Shown here: positions 18,853 through 27,709 of the stretch, one piece after another
Position numbering within the stretch: position 1 is the stretch's first letter
Layout of the letters: each line of letters starts with the position of its first letter
Source of the DNA: Synechococcus sp.
Lineage (GTDB): Bacteria > Cyanobacteriota > Cyanobacteriia > Thermostichales > PCC-7336
NCBI GenBank assembly: GCA_051439605.1
Contig: JBFRWN010000121.1
Location: forward strand, 1-28,734
DNA length: 28,734 bases
Reading direction: 5' to 3'
The notes under the pieces: model-generated
Database searches by the model: none
What the model was told of the DNA's origin: nothing
What the model saw: the letters and a program-made list of their open reading frames with translations, nothing else
Made by a program: the position numbers and the translations under genes

Positions 18853-19085
18853 CTCACTATCCAAAACTGTTTGTAAGCAGACTGACAGTCATCAGAACAA
18901 TTCATTCAGCCAAAACCCTTTTGGGCACCAAGCTGCTGTCCCCATTGACTGGCAATCTACAAGATGGGCTCTGAGACCCAAATGCGGAGGGCTAGGCCAC
19001 CTAGAGGAGGACGGCGATCGCGGTAGGGTGTCCCCCCGCGGCGATCGCTATTTCGTACATCCTCTGATGGATAAGCCCTGTTGCC

Positions 19086-19463
19086 CTATCTGCGGGCGGG
19101 GCGTATATCGGGTAGGGCCAGTTGCACCTGTTGCCCGTTCTGGACGCCTACTGCGTTTTGGACGGTTGGCGTCACCTCTATGTCATCCTCAATCGGCGTC
19201 TCGCCATTGTGGCGAGGTCCGCGAGGTTGATTGGGCGATCGCACCCTGCCGTTCCGCACTTGGGTTTGGCTCTGGTCTTGGATCAGCACCGCTTCTTGAC
19301 GATCGACGCCATATCCCAACTGCACCTGCTGGGCATTCTGGACGTTGACCGAGTTTTGGACGGTGGGAGAAACGGTGAGTTTGCCCGCCATTGCAGGGCT
19401 ACTGCAGGCGATCGCCCCAGCAGCAACTCCAGCGGTGAATGTTGCGTATCGCAGCCATTTCAT
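19086..19463 (-). CDS. Secreted Q/V/N-rich protein with duplicated 22-aa repeat (candidate amyloid subunit)
   Basis: Start reassigned to MKWLRY (AGGGGG RBS); signal ending PAMA; repeats LTVSPTVQNSVNVQNAQQVQLG / IEVTPTVQNAVGVQNGQQVQLA. Confidence 0.8.
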   Translation of the reverse strand: MKWLRYATFTAGVAAGAIACSSPAMAGKLTVSPTVQNSVNVQNAQQVQLGYGVDRQEAVLIQDQSQTQVRNGRVRSPNQPRGPRHNGETPIEDDIEVTPTVQNAVGVQNGQQVQLALPDIRPARR

Positions 19464-19479
19464 GGCACTGTCCCCCTGC

Positions 19480-19839
19480 TTAGCGTCGACGGGCACGGCG
19501 AACACCGGCCCCTTGGTTGAGTTCGTTGATGTTGACAGAATTTTGCAAAATGTTGGAGTCCGCACCGTAGCCAACACCCTCTTGGGTTTGAACGTTGGTT
19601 TGTACGCCGGTTACTGTTTGCTGCACCGTCTCGCGGCGACCCCGGCGACCTCGGTAGCCTGTTTGTTGGTCGAGGGTTTGTATATTGGTGCTGTTTTGCA
19701 AGATGTCGCCATCCCCTTCCGCATACTGATATTGGTCAGATTGTTGGATGCCCGTGACTGTCTGGTTCACTTGAGCCATTACAGGTGCACCCAAACCGAA
19801 TGCCATCAGGGAGCCAATTGCCAGTGACTTGATGAACAT
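19480..19839 (-). CDS. Secreted Q/N/T-rich protein with two ~36-aa repeats (candidate amyloid subunit)
   Basis: MFIKSLAIGSLMAFGLGAPVMA signal; repeats VNQTVTGIQQSDQYQ...ILQNSTNIQTLDQ / VQQTVTGVQTNVQTQ...ILQNSVNINELNQ. Confidence 0.85.
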   Translation of the reverse strand: MFIKSLAIGSLMAFGLGAPVMAQVNQTVTGIQQSDQYQYAEGDGDILQNSTNIQTLDQQTGYRGRRGRRETVQQTVTGVQTNVQTQEGVGYGADSNILQNSVNINELNQGAGVRRARRR

Positions 19840-20157
19840 GAAACTTAAGCCCGAAACAACTATGAGCACAGCTTATTCCCTAGGCAGAGGGGTGCGATAC
19901 AAGGCTACGCGTACTGTCATTCGCTGCTGTTGGAATAGATTGCATCCACTGCTCGAAACTTGAGTTTGGGCTAGGCGAATGCGGAATTGCGCGAGGCTGC
20001 ATTCGAAAGTGAGCAGATGGACTGTTGGCCTAGAGAAGTGGGATGAGAAGAGGATTGTTTGTCGAACAAGTTCATTAGGGATGTGGCCATCGTAATTAGC
20101 CCAACAATATATGCCCAGTCTGGGTTTTATCGCGACCGTCTAGTTGCTGAAGACATT

Positions 20158-21507
20158 TCATCGCTCGTCTAAGCGATGCGCAGCGAGTCGTCGGTATACT
20201 GTCGCCAAAGCCTCGCGATCGCCTACGTTGCCTGGAAACAGCACCACAGGCAGATTGGGAAACTCAAGGTGTTCGGCTGGGGTACGAACCACCGAACAAC
20301 CGGCCAAAATTTGCCCCAATAGCCGTGCTGTCCGCAACATCAGTCCCTTGCTGAGCACGTCGTTAGAGGTAATCCCTCCCTTGCTAATCAGGAAGCCGAT
20401 ATTTTCTGGCAATCCGTGCACGATATCCATCAGAAAACTAGACACCTGTGCGCCAAAATCCAGCCGCGTTTGGACATCCTCGAAAGTCAACTCGTCTCGG
20501 CTGGTGTACACCACCGGGGTTTTACCGACTGTATAAGCCCCTCGCACTGCCGTCAGGACCTCGTTCAATAACTCTTTACGGTTGATGGCTAGCCCTGTCT
20601 GCAAATCCTCCAGCAGTCGTGAAACATCCACCTCCACCCCCGCAACCCCGGGCTCTTGCAATAGCCGCTCCAGTTGTTGGGTGGTCTTTTGGACGTGGGA
20701 GCCCACAATGGCTACACCGGGGTTGCCGTCGCGGACGTACTTTGACATGTCCTCCCCAGCCACCGGCTGGGGAGGCAGCGCTGCCAAGGATGTCAACACG
20801 CTGGCCGCGCTACGAAATAAAAACTTTTTCCCGTTAGAGACGGCGGCGAGTACATCCCGAGCGAACCTATCTAGGTCTTCTTGGGTTTCACCATCTACCA
20901 CCACGCATTGGTTATCCTGGAGCCCAATCAGGCGATCGCTAACCCCCCGGCGCAAATCCTCCAGAAGAATGCGCTCGACATCATCCGCCGCAATCTTCCC
21001 CCTAGTTTTCTCCGCCACGTAATCAGGCAGATAGCTATAGCTGTAGGCAAACACGGAATCATCAGCAAACTCTGTTTCGTGTACCGGAACTGCTAACCCA
21101 TCCGACATTAGGTAATGGATACTATCGCGGGTGAATCGACCCCCTTCGAAAAAAGCTGGCACCAAAAAGTGGGCGTCAAAGGGGCCCAACTCTGTGGCAA
21201 TCACATCAGTTTCGATGGGGTAATGCCCCCGTAACGTGGAGTCAGAGCGGCTCACCACCAAGTAATCTTCAATGCCCTCGACCGCGATCGCCTCTTTCAA
21301 GCGGACGCACACATCGCGGGTCACGGCTGCCGCTTGTCCCGGGGTGAGCGATCGCGTGTTGGTCAATATAAAAAAGATGGGGGATTCGTCCCGCAACCCC
21401 ATTCTCAAAGTTTCTACATCCCATCGCATCAGCAGCAAGCAACCGTGTACTGTTTGGGACCCGGTGGGGTCGTCATCCAAGACAACAATCTTAGGTTGAG
21501 AATTCAT
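20158..21507 (-). CDS. Four-carbon acid sugar kinase family protein (DUF1537)
   Basis: IVVLDDDPTGSQTV, RSDSTLRGH, LISKGGITS, VLFPGNVG. Confidence 0.92.
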   Translation of the reverse strand: MNSQPKIVVLDDDPTGSQTVHGCLLLMRWDVETLRMGLRDESPIFFILTNTRSLTPGQAAAVTRDVCVRLKEAIAVEGIEDYLVVSRSDSTLRGHYPIETDVIATELGPFDAHFLVPAFFEGGRFTRDSIHYLMSDGLAVPVHETEFADDSVFAYSYSYLPDYVAEKTRGKIAADDVERILLEDLRRGVSDRLIGLQDNQCVVVDGETQEDLDRFARDVLAAVSNGKKFLFRSAASVLTSLAALPPQPVAGEDMSKYVRDGNPGVAIVGSHVQKTTQQLERLLQEPGVAGVEVDVSRLLEDLQTGLAINRKELLNEVLTAVRGAYTVGKTPVVYTSRDELTFEDVQTRLDFGAQVSSFLMDIVHGLPENIGFLISKGGITSNDVLSKGLMLRTARLLGQILAGCSVVRTPAEHLEFPNLPVVLFPGNVGDREALATVYRRLAAHRLDER

Positions 21508-21686
21508 GGTGCTTGCCTGTAGAGGATGAGAGTATGAGCTTTCTCACAGTGATTGTAGGGGCAGGACTCCAAGGGAGGGAGACCGCCGAAAAATTTGTCC
21601 GAGACTCGGACATCCTGGCAATTCCATACATCAAGCAAAGTGGTCTGCCGTGCAGCACCCAGAAAAAGGAGAGTTCCTACTGCGTT

Positions 21687-23063
21687 CTAGAAGGTGTTGT
21701 CTGGTTTCAGCGAAGCGGCTTGATTGGGTTCCAAAGATTCGGGATACCAGTAGGTGGCCCAATCTCGACCAACTTTCACCGTAATGTCTGATGAAATCTC
21801 CCCCGTAGATTCCACCTTCACCTCTCCGACACCGATTAATGCCTGAACTTCAGACGCCGCTTTGGCATCCCCTTGCTGGGCAATAATGGCCGTCTCCTCC
21901 AATACCTTGGAGGCATCCTGAATGACGTAAACGTTGGTAAAGCCACGCTGACGTAGAGTATCGGCCATATTACGACCCATGCGAGGCAACCCGGAGGCGT
22001 TGGTGACGGCCACCCGTTGGTTAACAGGGGACCGATACAGCACCGCCCCAAAGGCAGGATCGGCATTGAAATAACTTACTGCTACTCGATACGTTTCTGC
22101 CCGATCGACAATCCAAAAGCTGACAGGGTACTCGTTAGCACCGCTAAATCGGCCAGGGAGCATGACCAGATTCAGGCTATCGCTACGGGACTTGAAGGCA
22201 AACTGCGACAGGGACAGCAGCTCGTCTAGGGTCATATTGGTATCGACGTTATCCCGGATGGTCTGCACGATATCTGGCAACCGCAAGAGGGTGCGTGGCC
22301 GCAGTGCCTGCTCGCTCACCGCCCGTATCATCTGCTGCTGCCGCTGTACGCGCCCAATATCACCGAGTTCGTCCTGGCGAAAGCGCAGAAAATGATGGGC
22401 TTCCTCACCCGATAGCCGTTGTACTCCTGGTTCTAAGTCGATTTCCAGTGCTTGAGTGCGATCGACATATTTCATAGGACTGGGAACGTCAATCTCTACG
22501 CCACCCAGCACGTCAATTAATTCTGCGATGCCGTTGGTGTTCAGACGAACGTAGCGATCGATGGGCACATCCCCCAATAACTCGCTGACCACCTCTGCTG
22601 CTAGGGCTGGGCCACCAATGGCGTTGGCTACGTTGACCTTGGTAATGCCGCTTTCGGGAATGCGCACGCGGGTATCCCGCGGAATAGACAGGACATTAAT
22701 GGATTCCTGCTCGTGGTTCACGCGCACCAACAGCATGGTGTCGCTGCGTCCCCTTAAGGTTTCCGAGAATGTCAGTTCGCTGTTGGTTGGGTCGGGATTG
22801 TCGGTACCCAGCACCAAGATGTTAAGGGATTTGTCCAGTTGAGCTGCCCGCAGCTCGTCATTCCGAAAGACGTCAGCTTCTTCTTCCCCTAAATCTTCAG
22901 CAGGAAGTAAGGGTTTAGAGAGCACAAAGGCAAACATCGCTCCCCCCACCGCCGCCACAAACAGACTAGAGCCGACGGTTACGATCAGCAACCACCGTAG
23001 GAGATTTCCCGATTGCTCAGGCCTCCTGAGGGACCGTGAGGCACGAAATGTTTGTACGCGCAT
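21687..23063 (-). CDS. LytR-CpsA-Psr (LCP) family protein with LytR_C domain
   Basis: Single TM; NILVLGTD, GRSDTMLL, LSIPRDTRV, FLRFRQDELGDIGRVQRQQ; C-terminal VAVTNASG...DITVKVGRDW. Confidence 0.93.
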   Translation of the reverse strand: MRVQTFRASRSLRRPEQSGNLLRWLLIVTVGSSLFVAAVGGAMFAFVLSKPLLPAEDLGEEEADVFRNDELRAAQLDKSLNILVLGTDNPDPTNSELTFSETLRGRSDTMLLVRVNHEQESINVLSIPRDTRVRIPESGITKVNVANAIGGPALAAEVVSELLGDVPIDRYVRLNTNGIAELIDVLGGVEIDVPSPMKYVDRTQALEIDLEPGVQRLSGEEAHHFLRFRQDELGDIGRVQRQQQMIRAVSEQALRPRTLLRLPDIVQTIRDNVDTNMTLDELLSLSQFAFKSRSDSLNLVMLPGRFSGANEYPVSFWIVDRAETYRVAVSYFNADPAFGAVLYRSPVNQRVAVTNASGLPRMGRNMADTLRQRGFTNVYVIQDASKVLEETAIIAQQGDAKAASEVQALIGVGEVKVESTGEISSDITVKVGRDWATYWYPESLEPNQAASLKPDNTF

Positions 23064-23509
23064 AAAGTCTAAGGGGTGAGCAAAGCACTAGATCCAAGAA
23101 CCATCCAATGGTCGCGATCGTGCGAGACGTTCGAGTCATCCTAGCGTAGAGGTCAATGCTGGTTCATGCTAGTAACCACCCATTTTTCACCGCCGCCATC
23201 ACACAGTCCAAATAGCAAATTCATCTGAAAATGCCAGAGATGTCGCTATCCAAAATTACAAACATCATACCTAGCAATTGTCTCAGCAGCATAAGCGTTA
23301 TCCGCATTTGCGGCCGCCGCATAGGGTGGCCGAGCGCGCGTGCTTATCCAGCGCAGTCGCGTTTACAAATCCTGACTTCAAGCAGGATAGAGGCGGAAAA
23401 CCCCTCAGGGCGGCTCATTCACCCGGAAGAAGTGGAAGTTGTTGTCCCCCTCTCCCTCACCGCTGTCTGGGATGATATGCCGTAGATCCCCAGGTTTGGA
23501 GAAAGCAAG

Positions 23510-24454
23510 ATGCAGGCAGTAATCGTGGCTGGAGGTAAGGGAACTCGACTGAGACCGTTTACGCTGCGCTCTCCTAAACCGCTGTTACCTCTGCTAGAGG
23601 TGCCATTTTTGGAATGGATGGTCAACCGCTGCAAAGAGGTAGGCCTGACGGACCTTCTGATGAACGTTGGGTATATGGGGGAACAAATCGAAGCCTTCTT
23701 TGGGGATGGCAGTCAGTGGGATGTGCGGATTCGCTACGTGCGGGAGGACAGCCCCCTCGATACTGCGGGATCGTTGGTGTTGGCCAAGCCCTACTTCACT
23801 GGCGAGCCGCTGGTGGTTTTTAACGCCGATATTTTGTCGGATCTCGATCTCAACGCAGTCATGGTCCAACACGCGCAGTCAGGGGCGATCGCCACCCTGA
23901 CCCTGACCCGCGTGGAAGATATCACGGCTTTCGGTCTGGTGGAAACAGATAGCAGTGGCCGCATTACAGCATTTCGAGAAAAGCCCAGCCCCGAAGAAGC
24001 TAAAACGATTGACGTTGATACCATCAACGCCGGCACCTACGTTCTGCAACCCAGTATTTTCGACCGTTATCCTGCTGGCGAGCCCCTCAGTTTCGAACGC
24101 ACGGTGTTTCCCCAACTTCTGGCGGATGGTGAAGTGATGGGATCCTACGTTCACTCAGGCTATTGGCGGGATTTAGGCAAGCCCCCCAGCTATTACCAGG
24201 GGCAGCTTGACATTCTGCAAGCTGCAATCGCTAACTATCCCATCGCTGCCCGGGAAGTGAAACCCGGGATCTGGATTCACCCTGAGGCTACGGTCGATCC
24301 GGATGCGCGGCTGAGCCCCCCCTGCTACGTGGGGGCCAGGGTTAAGTTGGGGCCAAAGGCTACTTTGCCAGGGGGGACGATTGTGAATTCAGACAGTTGG
24401 ATTGATGGTGCCCTCATGCCTGGGGTCTATGCGTCAGGCACGCTGGTTTCCTAG
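23510..24454 (+). CDS. NDP-sugar pyrophosphorylase (mannose-1-phosphate guanylyltransferase-like)
   Basis: AVIVAGGKGTRLRPFT...PKPLLP, FREKP, INAGTYV, YWRDLG; GGAG RBS. Confidence 0.92.
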   Translation: MQAVIVAGGKGTRLRPFTLRSPKPLLPLLEVPFLEWMVNRCKEVGLTDLLMNVGYMGEQIEAFFGDGSQWDVRIRYVREDSPLDTAGSLVLAKPYFTGEPLVVFNADILSDLDLNAVMVQHAQSGAIATLTLTRVEDITAFGLVETDSSGRITAFREKPSPEEAKTIDVDTINAGTYVLQPSIFDRYPAGEPLSFERTVFPQLLADGEVMGSYVHSGYWRDLGKPPSYYQGQLDILQAAIANYPIAAREVKPGIWIHPEATVDPDARLSPPCYVGARVKLGPKATLPGGTIVNSDSWIDGALMPGVYASGTLVS

Positions 24455-24537
24455 TTTCAAGAGCACTTGCAGCCAGCAGAAAGCCTAATTTCTCCTTCAT
24501 GCGAGTTGCTCAGGTTTGCTCTCCCCACATCGCAGAT

Positions 24538-25689
24538 TTACTTCACAAATCGCGGTAGGTCGGCCCCCGATCGACCCGCCTGACTGGCGTTCGCAACTGC
24601 TTTGTTGGTTAAGGTCTTGATGGTGAGCTCAGCGGGATTGACGGAGGCAAGTTCGTTGTCCGTGGGGCGATCGAGTGCTTTTTTCAAGGCCAAGTTATGC
24701 ATTTGCTGCTTGGCAAATTTCTCCTTCCATTTCCCCACCTCCAACTCAAGCTGCTTGAGCTGTTTTTGCAGGCTGGACAGTTCCTTCTCAAGATCCTGCT
24801 TCTGTGCTTCAGCCGCCGCCAACTGTTTGCGGTCGAGTTCGATTGCCCGAAGTGATACCGCCTCGGCCTCTAGCTCTGCCACCTTCTGCTCTAGCTGTTC
24901 GCGGGAGGTTTGCAATTGGTCTCGCTCCTGTCGAGTGGCTACCAAATCTTCAGTAAGCTCTGCTTGCTGGCCCTCAAACTCAGTCAATTGCTCCTGTAGC
25001 TTCTGATTGCGATCGCGGAGCTCCTGCAACTGACAATCCTGTTCTTGTAACTGAAGATCTCTGTCCTCCAATTGAAGCGCCTGCGCCTCCAATTGCTGTT
25101 TTCGCTCTAGAAGTTGGCGATCGCGCTCCTGTAATTCAAGCGCTCTCTCCTCCCGTTCCTCCTGCCAGCGCTGGTTGGCTTCGGCTTCTGTCTCCTGGTA
25201 GCCAGCTAATTGTGCCTGCAAAAGTTCCCGCTGTTCCCCCCAAGCGGACTTCTCACCCGAATACTGCTGCTTGAGGGCGTTTAGCTCGCGCTCTAGCTCT
25301 GCTACGGTGGTGCGGGACAACGATAGCTCGGCCTTAAATCGTTGCACCGCCTCTACCCGCTTTTGAGCAATGTCCTTGGCCCCCTGCACCTCCGCCTTCA
25401 GTTCCACAAACTGCTCCTCTTGTTGGCGACGGCCTTGGGCCATTTCCAACTGGGTGCGCTCCAACTGCTCCTGCAATGACTCGATATCGCTCCGTTGGCG
25501 ATCGTTGAGCTTTTTCCGGATGACCAGCTGCTCTTCCAGCTCTTGGTTTTTAGCCTGCAGATCCAACTTGGCTTGAGTGGCATTTCGCTGGCATTCAATC
25601 AAGTGCTCCTGCAATTCAGTCAGCTGAAGTTGGAAGTCTTCCTCAGATTGAGAGGACTGAGGACGCTTGCGAGCAGGGAAGATGTCCAT
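24538..25689 (-). CDS. Long coiled-coil hypothetical protein
   Basis: E/Q/L/K-rich heptads over about 320 aa; no ATPase motifs; ends DLPRFVK. Confidence 0.85.
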   Translation of the reverse strand: MDIFPARKRPQSSQSEEDFQLQLTELQEHLIECQRNATQAKLDLQAKNQELEEQLVIRKKLNDRQRSDIESLQEQLERTQLEMAQGRRQQEEQFVELKAEVQGAKDIAQKRVEAVQRFKAELSLSRTTVAELERELNALKQQYSGEKSAWGEQRELLQAQLAGYQETEAEANQRWQEEREERALELQERDRQLLERKQQLEAQALQLEDRDLQLQEQDCQLQELRDRNQKLQEQLTEFEGQQAELTEDLVATRQERDQLQTSREQLEQKVAELEAEAVSLRAIELDRKQLAAAEAQKQDLEKELSSLQKQLKQLELEVGKWKEKFAKQQMHNLALKKALDRPTDNELASVNPAELTIKTLTNKAVANASQAGRSGADLPRFVK

Positions 25690-26263
25690 AAACTACTAAC
25701 TACCGAGTAAGGGTTCAGGTACAGGGGAGTGGAAGCGTGCTCGGGGTATCCATGCGAGGGACAGTAGGCACTCATCTCCGATCCATATTGGGACTGAGAA
25801 ACGGCGTCCGAAGTTGGTATTACTGTATCCACACTGGACCGAATAGGCATGTAAAGAACAAGATATATAAAGTTTCTGCGAAGCCACTGCAGTATAGTAC
25901 AGCCCTCGTAGCGTTTTTTCACCTTGAGCAGGGGATTTGTAGGCTTTTCAACATAGATCGCGAATCTCTTCGATCGATCGTTTGTCCGTTTTGCTGGCCG
26001 CTGTTGCTGAATTGCCCCCCAAGCCTTTCCTCCGGTATCTGCTGAGGTCACAATGGAGCTCTGATAGGGGAACTGGGAGATGGGTGTTCCGTCGCTACCC
26101 AAGCTTTGGAAAGATTTCAACTCTTGGGCGCTTCTGCCCACCCATATCTGCTGCTCGGATGAGAGATTTTGTCTGGATGAGGAGATTGCCCTCTTCCCTT
26201 TCGAGCCGGAAGACCCCTTAAACCCTCTCCCCAACAGGAATGCCCGATTTCTGCACCAACCAT

Positions 26264-27043
26264 ATGACCTCAACCCCCTCTTCTTCCTCTAACCTCGTAT
26301 CACCTATTCCGCCTGTTTCACTTGCCGCTGCCGATCGCTTGATTGTTGCCCTCGATCGCCCGGACTTGGACTCTGCCATGAGCTTGGTGAAGCAACTGCC
26401 GCAAGTGCGCTGGTGGAAGGTGGGGTTGGAGCTGTTTGTGGCGGCGGGGCCGGAGGCGATCGCCCGGTTGAAGGACAAAGACGCCAAAGTTTTTTTAGAT
26501 TTAAAGCTGCACGACATCCCCAATACCGTGCGGGGGGCCACTCGGGCCGCCGTTAAATACGGAGTAGACCTGCTCACCATCCACGCCCAAGGGGGACAGG
26601 CCATGCTGGAGGCCGCAGCAGAGGCTGCTGCAGAGGTCGCCACAACCTCAGGGACATCCCCCTGCCAATTGCTCGCAATTACGCTGTTGACCAGCATTAA
26701 CAGCCGCCAATTGGCCACGCAACTGCGGGTGCCTTTGGAATTACCGGATTATGTCTTGCAGCTGGCGCTGCTGGCCCGCGATAGTCGCATGGCCGGAGTA
26801 GTATGTTCGCCGTTGGAGGTCAAGGAACTTCGTCGAGTATGCGGCCCCGATTTTCTCTTGGTCACCCCCGGTATTCGTCCAGCAGGGTCAGCTAAGGGGG
26901 ATCAACAACGTACCCTCACCCCCAGTCAAGCCATTGCGGCCGGCTCCAGCCACCTAGTGATTGGTCGCCCTATTACCGCTGCAGACAATCCATCAAAAGC
27001 CTTTGAAGAAATTTGTGCGGAGTTGGAGGGTGGTCGTGTCTAA
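26264..27043 (+). CDS. pyrF: Orotidine-5'-phosphate decarboxylase
   Basis: RLIVALD, KVGLELF, VFLDLKLHDIPNTV, LVTPGIRP, LVIGRPIT. Start at 26264 or 26240. Confidence 0.97.
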   Translation: MTSTPSSSSNLVSPIPPVSLAAADRLIVALDRPDLDSAMSLVKQLPQVRWWKVGLELFVAAGPEAIARLKDKDAKVFLDLKLHDIPNTVRGATRAAVKYGVDLLTIHAQGGQAMLEAAAEAAAEVATTSGTSPCQLLAITLLTSINSRQLATQLRVPLELPDYVLQLALLARDSRMAGVVCSPLEVKELRRVCGPDFLLVTPGIRPAGSAKGDQQRTLTPSQAIAAGSSHLVIGRPITAADNPSKAFEEICAELEGGRV

Positions 27044-27602
27044 GGGACAACAGCAGTGGGTGACACTGGCGCTCGCTTGCATTGGTTTGTTGGCAGGGTT
27101 TACGGGGTCTGTGTGGGCCGCAGAGGGTGACCGCAGCAACTGTACGGTGGAGATCGAGCAATGGGCGGATGGACTATTGGCAGAGTTACCCGGATACGCC
27201 AACCGCCAGCTCACTCGAACAAAGGCCGAAAATCGGGTATTGGTGGCGGGGGTTCCTGAGGTTGAGAGGGTGAACGCTAATTCGGTAGCGTCTCCGCAAG
27301 ATGCTCACCATCACAGTCATTCGGAAGAGGTGGTTCGACTATTCTTTTCAATGCTTGAGAAATCTAAAGAGGAGAAATCTTTGGTTGGCTTACCCTCAGG
27401 CAATCCCCAAACCCAGTCACCTGTCCATAACCGCCTGCAGTTGTTCTATCGCCTGACTTTGGCGCGATCGCAGCCCGATCTCCCCTGGCATCTCATTTCA
27501 TTAGAGATGGCCACCCCCCGTTTGGCACCCACCGATGTGACTGGAGGGGCCATCTGGCAGGCGATCGCAGCATGGCAAAGTTCTGGTTGTCCCGGCACGT
27601 AG
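27036..27602 (+). CDS. Exported hypothetical protein, overlapping the pyrF stop
   Basis: GGAGGG RBS then GTG at 27036; signal-like WVTLALACIGLLAGFTGSVWA; LLAELPGYANR and DVTGGAIWQAIAAW segments look conserved. Confidence 0.72.
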   Translation: MSKGQQQWVTLALACIGLLAGFTGSVWAAEGDRSNCTVEIEQWADGLLAELPGYANRQLTRTKAENRVLVAGVPEVERVNANSVASPQDAHHHSHSEEVVRLFFSMLEKSKEEKSLVGLPSGNPQTQSPVHNRLQLFYRLTLARSQPDLPWHLISLEMATPRLAPTDVTGGAIWQAIAAWQSSGCPGT

Positions 27603-27709
27603 AACTGAACCGGTTCCGAATACAAGGCGATCGCAGGTGCTCCACAACCTGCCAACCGAGGTGTTTTGCCCCTACACTTTAATTCCTGACTGTTTCCTCT
27701 TTTTCCGTC

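Noticed and set aside
19464..19577. N-terminal 38-aa extension of the 19086 ORF in the track
   Set aside because: Overlaps the upstream gene; ATG 19463 has an RBS and begins a signal peptide.
16791..19839. RiPP precursor cluster
   Set aside because: No modifying enzymes, peptidase-ABC transporter or double-glycine leaders; the leaders are Sec-type.
23320..23410. tRNA-like element (gggtggccgagcg..., loop cttcaa)
   Set aside because: No T-arm GTTCRA and no acceptor stem could be formed.
25620..26273. 217-aa minus-strand ORF
   Set aside because: Overlaps both flanking genes, has no recognisable motif and an atypical composition; probably spurious. No PyrR attenuator motif was seen either.
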